Below, in pieces: positions 53,743 to 64,000 of a stretch of DNA of 64,000 nucleotides (position 1 is its first letter; every line of letters begins with the position of its first letter). Below the pieces are notes generated by a model. It saw only the letters and a list, made by a program, of their open reading frames with translations. It had not been told where the DNA came from and searched no databases. The stretch spans positions 14,864,420 to 14,928,419 of the forward strand of contig NC_068998.1 of NCBI RefSeq assembly GCF_001194135.2. Direction: 5' to 3'. This DNA is from Octopus bimaculoides. Lineage: Eukaryota. The translations under genes and the position numbers were made by a program.

Positions 53743-54314
53743 CAGGGTGCGATGGGTAAATTATCGCCATTTTGTATTTTCCAGTTTTCGCACAAGCGCA
53801 TTGTTGTTTTTGATTTTGTTCACTACACAGTATAGTAGAGTCAGTTGGGCACTGTCTGTGAGAAAGAAAGCACCATAATTCAATTCACTCTGCCAGAAAT
53901 TTGGAAACGAGATGCTGTTCTGCTTGGTATTCGCGCCGGATGCTCCAATACGAATATTTCAGAGTGTTTGGGTGTCAATCTGAGGACAGTGCAATCTCAG
54001 GACATGTACCGAGAGTGAGAAAAATCAAACATCCAGTCAACATCATGCTGTTTAGGGAGATAAATAGTCACGACGACGTAATGCCTCCATTCATCTTACC
54101 ACAAACCCTTAATCTCAGCACGAAGGCCTATATCAAGTGCGTAGAAGAGGTAGTGATGCTCTAGGGAAAGACGATGGTTGCTTGAAAATCCTATGTCAGG
54201 CAACAGGACTTTGCACCAAGCTAAGCAGGAGAAACCAGTCATGGCTGCCAGACAATTTCTGCGACTATATAATGTCTAATATTTGGCCAACTTATTCCCC
54301 AAACTGTAACCCCT
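53743..54314 (+). mobile_element. Internally deleted Tc1/mariner element (left TIR, HTH start, catalytic region)
   Basis: ta|cagggtg start; KHPVNIM...DVMPPFI.P..L...AYIKC.EEVV; QSWLPDNFCD...IWPTYSPNCNP. Confidence 0.85.
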
Positions 54315-54745
54315 TCATCTGGGACACCCTACAGGAAGAGGTCCAGCATTGATTTGGAAACACCTACATCCACTTTTTGTAGGTACCTCTGACTCTTTGG
54401 GAGAATATTCATAAGACGTGGGCACCTGAAACCCAGGCTGTTGCAGTAACTGTTTCTGAAGATCGATGGCATTGCTGAGGTCTTTGGCACTGTGCAGTGT
54501 TGACCAATTCTTGCATTAGTGTAGCTTTCAATGCCAAAATTTAGCACAATTCCTTCCAGGATCTACCAGATATATATTACTGCGTACCTCTCCCGACTTT
54601 GCTCCAGCCTTTCTCAGTGGCTGAGCAGTTGCAATGAGACGATATTCTTTGTGAAGCTTCGCTGGATTGCTTCAAGGTCAGCTGTTAATTGTAGAGTTGC
54701 GTGACCATAGTTGGGATCAGTAATCCAGGCGGCTGAAAAGATTAT
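54314..54745 (-). pseudogene. CR1-type LINE ORF2 C-terminal fragment
   Basis: LEAIQRSFTKNI, RERYAVIYIW.ILEGIV.N, SLGFRCPRLMNILPK, KSMLDLFL.GVPDE. Confidence 0.75.
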
Positions 54746-55850
54746 ACTTCACTCCCCCCCACACACACACATACATACATTTATGTGTGAGTGTGTGTGT
54801 ATATGTGTCTGTATTCCACACACATCATATCGCCTCTAATATTATTCTAAGCTATATTCTACAATAATACTAGCCCTCCCACCAATCTTGCAGGTCCTGT
54901 AAAAAAACGTTATGGCTTATGCATTGTCATTAAGTGAAAGAATCGTAGAATACGTAAATACTCGTATTATTCTACTTTCAAGACTCATATAAACACGAAT
55001 GTCACCCCAGCTCTCATATGAGTTTGCATCAAGATATTTCAATTGCAAACTCCAAATTATTTCCCCTAAGAGTCAGACAACAATAATTCTTTCGAAACGT
55101 TTTTTGATATAACCAAACAATAAGTCCAAATTTTCTTTAGAATTTCTCAAAATCAGTCTGTCTAGAACAATATTATTAAAAACAAATATCGAAATATTCA
55201 TTAAAATTATGAGAACTTAATATAGATTACAATTAAATCTTTTTTTTCTTTTTTTTTTTCTTTGCTAGTACACAACAATCTATTTTCTAAATATATATAT
55301 ATATATATGAGCGTGTATGTATGTATGTATGTATGTGATTCCATTAATTAATTTATATATTTATACAGAATGCATAAAAGTAAAACTACCGATTAAGTAT
55401 AAAATCTGGAATTAAACTAATTATTGAAACAACTACATTTATATTATAGACATCGATAAAACACCAGATGTATTCAATAAAACAATTTTGATTTGCATTC
55501 CCAAAAATTAACTTTTAATTAAGAATCAAGATAAGCAAATTTCGTTTCAGTGCAGAAGTAAGCAGTTTAGATGGAATAGATAGATAAATAAATTTAAGAA
55601 TACCCATATCAGCTTCGTTCATTTCTAGTATAATATCATTTATTATAAAATAACTACTAACTGAGAACTAATCATCATAAAATCACATACTGTTAATGCA
55701 ATAAAGATACAACCCGTATCCGTTTGTTTAAGCAAATATAAACGGTTCGTATTGGAATTCGCAAGGAATTATGTACATTATTTATATTATTTACATTTGG
55801 CGGATATTTGTCCTCATCTTGTTTGTTGTTAACACGTTTCGGCACTATGA

Positions 55851-56912
55851 GTGAGTCAAGAAAAACTAGTGACACACACCCATCTAAAAGAACACACTAG
55901 TATACCAATAAGAAACTTGATGGAAATGTTGACCTTCTGTGTAGAAGCTACTTACTTTAGTATGGACACTGATACATATAGACAAGAAGAGGCTTTAGCA
56001 ATGGGTTCGCCATTATCACCGATAATAGTCAACATGTACATGGAATACTTTGAGAATTTGGCTTTAGGATCAACACCACTAAAACCAACCATATGGCTGC
56101 GATATGTTGATGACACCTTCATACTCTGGCCCCACCAGCAAGATGTCCAAGTGCTGTTAGATCATGTGAACTCAATAAAGCCATCCATACTGTTCACAAT
56201 GGAAAAAGGAAAAGACAATCAGCTAGCATTCCTGGACGTATTAATAACACGCACCAAGTATGGATTCAGGACATCCGTATACCGCAAGCCGACCTTCACT
56301 GGACGATACCTCAACTTCAATTCCCACCATCCATACAGTGTAAAGAGAGGGATTGCTCAGTGCCTAAGACATCGGGCAAAGAATATAAGTTGCGATCGTG
56401 ATGCACACCACGAAGAAATGATCAAGCTCAATAACAATCAAGTAAGCAACAATTACCCCCAAAACATACCATCCAATCTAATTATGAAGAAAAGAGAGGA
56501 TGAAACAAATAAACTGTCCACAGTCTGTCTACCCTATGTGAAAGGCCTCTCCGAAAAGATACAAAAGATATGCGGCCCATATGACACCAAAACAGTATTC
56601 AAGAGTAATACAACACTTCGCAAATATCTCCTTCGAGCAAAACAAACAATAGAAGAGAATATGACGAAAGACTGCGTGTACTCCATGCCATGCAGCTGTG
56701 GTAGGTTATACAAAGGCGAAACCTGTCGCCCCCTCAAAATAAGGGTTGACGAACATCGCAAATCTGTGACACGAGGAGATATTGATAAATCGGTTACAGC
56801 TGATCATGTATAGAAAAATGGAGACCACCTCCCCCTGTGGGATGAAGTTAAAATAATAGACAGAGAACACCACTGGAAAATACGAAAACTAAAAGAAGCA
56901 GCACATATGCTA
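55851..56912 (+). pseudogene. Penelope-like element RT (C-terminal half) plus GIY-YIG endonuclease; one in-frame TAG at 56811
   Basis: LAMGSPLSPIIVNMYMEYFE, WLRYVDDTF, FTMEK..NQLAFLDV, SVYRKPTFTGRYLNFNSHHP, CVYSMPCSCGRLYKGETCRPLKIRVDEH; frame continues past the stop as KNGDHLPLWDEVKIIDREHHWKIRKLKEAAHM. Confidence 0.95.
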
Positions 56913-56990
56913 GATATACGAACCGGTATTAAGGAAGGAGAGGAACATATTAGGTTTATAAGCCCTAAAATACACTCAATAATTTCCCAC

Positions 56991-57082
56991 GGGTATGTGG
57001 CGTACTGGTTAAGAGCGCAGGCTACTAACCCCAAGATTCCGAGTTCGATTCCAGGCAGTGACCTGAATAATAATCATAATAA
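56991..57082 (+). ncRNA. tRNA-derived module (A and B boxes) with short (AAT)n tail; not a functional tRNA gene
   Basis: tggcgtactgg A box, gagttcgattcc B box, poorly pairing acceptor and T stems. Confidence 0.75.
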
Positions 57083-57948
57083 CATCGAAAAATACCTTAA
57101 GAATGAGAACCCAGGTTCGAAATTTCCCCTTGCATTGGGCGTCACTTTGAGGGCAATTGTCTACTATTTCTGACAAAGCAATCGACCAAATGAAAGCATT
57201 TCATTACTTCAGAGTTTGTATGATGGATGCGTGTAATAGACTGTTGTGTGGGTGTCAGGCACTCAATGGTAAAAGATAATGTTCAGAAGCCGACTGATGG
57301 TGGAGTAGCTGTCGCTGTTATTGCTACTGCTGCTGTTATCGTTGGTATTGTTGCTGTTGTTGTCGATGTTCTTACAGCTATTATTTTGTTTTCTTTTTAT
57401 TGTTTGGTGTCATGTAACCCTGAACGATGAGAACTATGAGCAATGACATTTCAGCAACAACTGCACACGTTTTACACTTATTTTTTTATCCAGGACTACG
57501 TCGTTCATTGTACCATTCCCTTTATTCAATTTTTTATTATGTTTTTCTTTCATTTTCTTAAAGACGATGTCATGTAATAATGTAACACAAGATAGATTTG
57601 ACCGTTATTTCAAATATTTCAAGTGATCTTATTCAGGTTTTCTTCTTTAAATTATAGTCACTGATGCAGTCTTTTGCTGCTGCTGCTGTTGTTGTTTTTT
57701 TGTTTTTTGTTGTTGCTGCTGTTGAAGTTACTACTGTTGTTGTCTTTGTTATTGTTGATATTGTTACCAGCATCACTGCCGTTGTCACAGTCGTCAAAAA
57801 CCCATTGTGCAAAGATGGCTATATTTTTTTATTCTTCAATCAGACACTAATTCTGAACACTTCAAATTTTCTGTCGATTTAATAGAACCAGACTTTCTCA
57901 GATCTGAGGCATCTGTTCATCCATTGCTGCCTGTTTGGAATCTTTAAG

Positions 57949-58003
<55 letters not shown>

Positions 58004-58989
58004 CTTTCTCCCTTTCCCTCTCTCTTTCTCTTTATGTGTGTGTTTGTGTGTGTGTGTTTGAGTGTGTGTATACGTGTATGTATATTTACGTATCTTGAAA
58101 CATTTCAGATAATGAGCCTAGTGTGTTACCCTTAATTAATTACGTTTAATACTCCAAAAATAGAATTATCTTTACCATCATCTTCTACCATTGTCATCAT
58201 CGTCATTATTATAGACAACACACCACCATAATCCTCATCCAAGGAACACCGATATCTAAATTCAATCCACTAACATCAAGACTAAACAAAATCGGCCCAT
58301 CGGTGAAGCCTTCTATTTCATCGCTCCATTTACTAGAAATAGACGTCCTATTCACTCACATCCTAACCTGCCGTCTTAAAAATGTAAACAACTACGAAAA
58401 CATATTAAGCTATATACTCTTTAGACAACACCGTCCCACATAAAATATTGAACGAGATGGGAATGCATTGGATCCTATGTCTGCTCTATCATGATTCACC
58501 TGGAGCTAAACAGCAGTAGTAACCATAATAACAACATCGTTGACAACAACAACATCGCTGACAACAACACCATCACAGCAACAAAAGTCCGCTCAAAATT
58601 TAGATATTTACATACTTATGATAACTAAATTCTCTTTAGATTAATATTTGTCTTGTCATATGGGCGGTGGTAGGTTAAGTCGTTAAATCATCAAAGAATA
58701 GTTTGTAGTATTTACATTTACACAGGTTTCGTCGTCTTATTTGCTAAAATCCTTCTGAGAACAAGTTTGTCTATAATCCTCTTGATTACGGGAATGTATT
58801 TATTAGTCTGTTCACGAATCACAAATCTGTGGATTTTCGTCAATGATGGAAATGAATAGTAATTTAGTTGTATTTCGTTACGTTCTCATTCCACCGAGTT
58901 TGACTTCGTTTTCCATTATATTTTCTTGTTCAGTGTGGGTTACGTGGCTTCCAACTTAAGCTTGTCTTTCAAACAAAAAGCACATTGGC

Positions 58990-59345
58990 ATTTCTTCCGA
59001 CTCTGCGTTTTGGATTCAAATTTCGCCGATATCGAATTTGCCTTTCATCCTTTCAGAGTCGATGTAATAAGTATCAATTGAACACATGAGTCGATGTAAA
59101 TGACTCGACCTTCCCACAAAATTACAGGCCTTGTACCTACAGTACAAAAAATTGATATTATTTCTAAGGCGTCGAGCTCCTAGAATCGTGAGCACGTCGG
59201 TCAATATGCTTAACGGCATTTTCTCTGACTTCAAATTCCTCCGAGGTCGACATTATTTTTCGTCCATTATGGGTCGATAAAATAAGTACCAGTTTAAAAC
59301 TGGAGTCGATGCAATCGACTAATTCTCTCCATCTACAATTACTGA
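58990..59345 (+). mobile_element. Two tandem diverged copies of SINE family C
   Basis: ttcaaatt..gccga...gcctttcatcctttc..gtcgat repeated; second head ggcgtcgagctcctagaatcgtgagcacg at about 59168. Confidence 0.75.
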
Positions 59346-60014
59346 CCGTGTACAGAAGTTTAAGATATTATTAATATTAGTATTATTATCAGTTGCTTCA
59401 TTATCATCAACAGCAGCAACAACAGCAACAGCAGGAGCAGTGCTGAGGCTAGAAAAGTCGTCAAATCGCCGGTCAAAAAAACATTTGTCCATGTGATTAC
59501 ATCCGCTGTATACTTTATCGGTAATACAGTAGTGGTAAAACCTTTGTCTTCTATTCTTCATGTTATGATAAAACAAGCACCAGTTGTAGCTGCTTCGTCT
59601 ATTGTAAGGAAACGAAGTAGAATCTTTTCTTTATTGGTTAGAACTGCACATCATATAATACAAAGAGTTTCATAAATAAAAGCAATAACACAAATATCAA
59701 AAACCAAGACTCAACAATAGAGGGAGTAGTTATTTACCATCTCCCAAGTAGCCTTTCTTATAGATCCAAATTCATCGTGACTACTAAAGACAAGTATCTT
59801 TTCACAACTGTCAATATCCAACTAATAGGTGTATGCAAAAAGTCATCCCCTTCACTCCCACACTTTTGCTACAGTCACCCATCACTTAATTAATTTACTG
59901 AGAGGAAAGTACTCCTCTCCCACCTCACCTTCATGAACATGTTAAACTCGAAAAGGTTAGAGCGGGTTCGGCCGATGAAATAAGTGATCATCTTAAATTC
60001 TGCCACTTACTCCC

Positions 60015-60311
60015 TGTTATGTCTCAAGCTACTACTATCTAGCACCTTCGGATGATCTCTACTCAACCGCTACACGACGGCTACTCAACTCTACTCAACT
60101 TCTCTACCACGGCTAGACTACCTCTATTTATATGTCTTGGGCGATCCTACGTCTTCGCTTGTGGCGTCGACACAACACTCCCACTACGTCTTCTTTCGCC
60201 TTAGCCATCTGACGGAAATAACTGCGTATCCTTTTAGATCAAAGGAGGATGGTGGTGCAACCTTAAAGATGGACTGGGCTGATAATTTTATGCATTCTAC
60301 ATGCTACAACA
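60015..60311 (-). mobile_element. Solo-LTR-like element (297 bp)
   Basis: Minus strand begins TGTTG, ends TAACA, contains TATAAATA; second copy at 63843-64000; no TSD found. Confidence 0.55.
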
Positions 60312-61660
60312 GCCGTTCGAAAATACACTTCAATTTAGCAATGTTCGGTCTACTCGAATCTTGGAGAGACAAGACAGACGGCAATTTCATACCGGCAGAA
60401 TATTACAAACCAGGATAGAAAACCCTTTAGTGATTGCTGGTACAACTTATGTGACACATAGGCTTTCTGCTTTTCACTGCTAAAAAATAACAGTCCTTGA
60501 ATTGGTTAACATGCACCCTTGAAACCTTCGTAGTCGGAAATGCGGTGAACCAATATCTACTCTGTTGGAAATCTGCAACTAAGGATACTTTTATTCATGC
60601 AATATGGCATAAAATGCATAAAGAAAATATTTCACTCTTTTAGTTTGGTGGTATGTCGATTGTTTTCTCCTTCCCTTTTTTCCCTCTGTTTGGAATAACG
60701 GTTCTGCTACTTCTCAAATAGGCAGCATAAGTCAACAATCACGAGCTTGAGAGTAAAACTATCTTCATTGAAGAAGTATAGTTTGAGCCATTTGGTGACA
60801 CACTATATTTACTAATGATATAACGATTCACAGTATCCTTAAACACATGAAAAATGATTATTCCCCAGTCCCTTTGAATTAATGGGACAAAGAAGGATAT
60901 ATTTAGTGATATCTTTAATGTACAGCTTTGAAAGGGAAGAAAAATTAATTCGAACACAACAATGTACAAAGTCAGCACAAGAATATGCTGAAGAAGAATC
61001 TATACGATGTGGTTTTCCCTTAGAGAACACAAAGTGTATATAGAAAGTTTTTAACATTTGTATTATTCTTGGATTTGCCTCTTTTATTCAATGTACAAAA
61101 TCAATTCATAAACACTGGATAGATACACGAGATATGTATTTCTTGCACCTTTGTTTTAAAGTATAAGTGTTGCTGTCTATTAAGAGACAGTAACAAAGGA
61201 ACCGCTGACAGGTATAATATAAAGATTTGTAACTTATGATATCCGGGAATAGACATGATTCACTAAATAAGGAAGAGTTAAGTCTCGATTAAGTCCATGA
61301 CAGTCAACAATGCAACAGGCAAACAAAAAGCAACAATATCATTAAATATAAACCACTAAAATGAAACAAAAAAAAAAAGCAAGTATAAAACCATCCATTA
61401 AAAACTTATTTCAAAGCAGAGGAACTTCTGTTTTGTTTGTTTCTTTCTTTTTCGCTAAAATTCCAGCTGACGGTTTACATATACGAATTTTTTGGTTCCT
61501 GAAGTCGTTTCCGTAGACCAGAAACATAGCTACTACCTCACTATAGAAATGACAAAAGATATTCTTTTAAAATAAAATTTACAATCATTGATCATCAGGA
61601 AGGAAAGGTATCTCCACGTCGTACGTAGGTGTATGTCAGATGATATACGTACAGAAATCT

Positions 61661-61703
<43 letters not shown>

Positions 61704-61732
61704 GTGTTTGTGACAATATGTGGTGGGTGCTT

Positions 61733-61806
<74 letters not shown>

Positions 61807-62136
61807 NNNNNNNNNNNNNNNNNNNNNNNNNNNNNNNNNNNNNNNNNNNNNNNNNNNNNNNNNNNNNNNNNNNNNNNNNNNNNNNNNNNNNNNNNNNNNN
61901 NNNNNNNNNNNNNNNNNNNNNNNNNNNNNNNNNNNNNNNNNNNNNNNNNNNNNNNNNNNNNNNNNNNNNNNNNNNNNNNNNNNNNNNNNNNNNNNNNNNN
62001 NNNNNNNNNNNNNNNNNNNNNNNNNNNNNNNNNNNNNNNNNNNNNNNNNNNNNNNNNNNNNNNNNNNNNNNNNNNNNNNNNNNNNNNNNNNNNNNNNNNN
62101 NNNNNNNNNNNNNNNNNNNNNNNNNNNNNNNNNNNN

Positions 62137-62203
<67 letters not shown>

Positions 62204-63728
62204 TTAACGAATACATATACGTGTAGCGAGTATGTGTGTGCATGTGTATGTCGCTGTGTTTGTTGCATATTATCCAATGTGTTTGGCTGTGTATATCTGA
62301 TGTCTGTGCCTGCGTATAATCTGCTTTTAAAACTCCTATATCACTCGATATGTTGAACAGCATTAGCAACGTCATTCATGCCATTCCTGATACCAATGGA
62401 CGATGGAACAATAAAGAACGTACAATGTTTACTTTTCAATGTAATAAATACCACCCAGATGATATAAAAGTCACCATCAACTACGCTTCAAGACACTGCT
62501 ACAGAAGATTACACGTACCGTACAGAGAGTTAAGAATGGAGAACATAAACATTAACAGAATATCTAAACTGTTAAGGCACCACATACATTATTATAAATA
62601 TATAGTGAACTCACTACGAAGCAAAAAGTTGTTGTATATCGTACACTACTCAAAATAAACATAATGTCAGATACTTTTTTTAAGCATAAGAAGTGTGCCA
62701 CCACAACATTGCCAACCTCGTGAATGGCAAAAGAAGATGTCCAGCACTTGATCTACTGTATATAGTTATTTGGCTACACACAAAAGTCTATGTCTAGTTT
62801 ATGTAAAGAAACAAAGAAAATGTCTGGAAATATTCTTTAAAATGGCGTCATGATATATGTATTCTATGTAGTAAAAATATTTAAAAGAATTGTGTTATTA
62901 TATTGGGTCGATCATTATGTTAATAATGGACACGCACTAGTTATATTTCAGTAGTTTTATTATTATTAAAGTAGTTGATTATTTAACTAATTAACTAATC
63001 GATTTGATGGGGTCACGAATGAGGATGAGAAGACTTTGACAAACATAGCTAGCTGATTGATTGACTGAACGAACGATTAATCAAACAATCAATTCGTTGA
63101 TTGATCCAAACGTCAAACAGCTGATGAATAATAACAAAAGAAATGAAATAGCCTCTGTACAAGTTTTTTCATTGCCATAATGACCCTCCCAAGATACTAA
63201 GAGAAATCTCTGTATCAACACACGAGTTTGCATCAAGTATATTGCAAACAAAGTCTGAAAACGAAATATTTCAACAGAGTAATTAGAGAAGATAAAAAAG
63301 TAATTAAATACAGGGCGTGGTACGATAGCAATATGCATAACGCTGTAATTTTTGAGAACGCCACGACCTATAGTTAAATCACAAATATATCTAAGAAAAT
63401 CCGATAAGCAACTAATCTTAGTATTAAATTTGAGGAGAAAATAAATTCCTGTAGATCCATCACACAGACTCAGTTAGAATATCGTATCTATACCTCCAGA
63501 GGTTGCCATGTCAAGTCAAGTAGAAAGTAAATCAGTTTACAAGCAGAGAAATGTCAGTATATCCGAGTGTAGCATTAGTATTTCATGATATATACGAATT
63601 GCTGTTATTCCCCATTGAAATGGATGCTCATATTGTAACAGACACACTCTTGCTCACACACAAACAACAACATAGACGCAAGCACCCACGCAAACACAAA
63701 TGCATATATGCATTTACANNNNNNNNNN

Positions 63729-63840
63729 CCACTCACAAGGCTTCGGTCGACCCGAGGCTACAGTAGAAGACACTTGCCGAAGGTGCCACGCACTGGGACT
63801 GAACTCAGAACCATGTAGTTGGGAAGCACCAAGGTTCTTA
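63729..63840 (-). mobile_element. SINE family B 5' part
   Basis: ccactcacaaggcttcggtcgacccgaggctacagtagaagacacttgcc..aggtgccacgca.tgggactgaac. Confidence 0.85.
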
Positions 63841-63842
63841 CC

Positions 63843-64000
63843 TGCTATGTCTGAAGCTACTTTCGGATGATCTCTACTCAACCGCTACACAACTGCTACT
63901 CGACTGCTACTCAACAATCTAACACAGCCAGACTACCTCTATTTATATGTCTTGGGAGATCCTACTTCTTCGCCTGAGGGTGTCGACACAACATTACCAC
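63843..64000 (-). mobile_element. Second copy of the solo-LTR-like element, cut by the window edge
   Basis: ttcggatgatctctactcaaccgctacac...agactacctctatttatatgtcttggg.gatcctac shared with 60048-60150. Confidence 0.75.

Noticed and set aside
58250-58360. L2-type 3' remnant (GEAFYFIAP)
   Set aside because: Too short and diverged to call.
60015-64000. Complete LTR retrotransposon bounded by the two LTR-like copies
   Set aside because: Copies are clearly diverged with indels, and there is no primer-binding site, polypurine tract or coding region between them.

Overview
AT-rich, gap-riddled animal genomic DNA with no host gene that I can support. The tRNA-headed SINE families, dense (TA)n/(CA)n/(CATA)n/(GATA)n microsatellites and LINE/Penelope content resemble octopus (coleoid cephalopod) DNA; this is inference from recalled repeats, not a database result. 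All recognisable coding sequence is transposon-derived and broken: Penelope-like elements (PLE; RT, GIY-YIG and ribozyme-bearing ends), Tx1/L1-type ORF1, endonuclease and RT fragments, a Dong/R4 RT, a HERO-type restriction-like endonuclease 3' end, RTE and CR1 fragments, Tc1/mariner pieces, a Chapaev-like transposase tail, MITE/foldback structures and two solo-LTR-like copies. Most ORFs in the supplied track are microsatellite or N-gap artefacts. The best leads are one near-canonical minimal hammerhead ribozyme (37702-37750), a recurring hammerhead-like motif with an altered core, a PLE/Tx1 composite (4591-7850) and a PLE whose 3' end carries a tRNA-like module (55700-57173).
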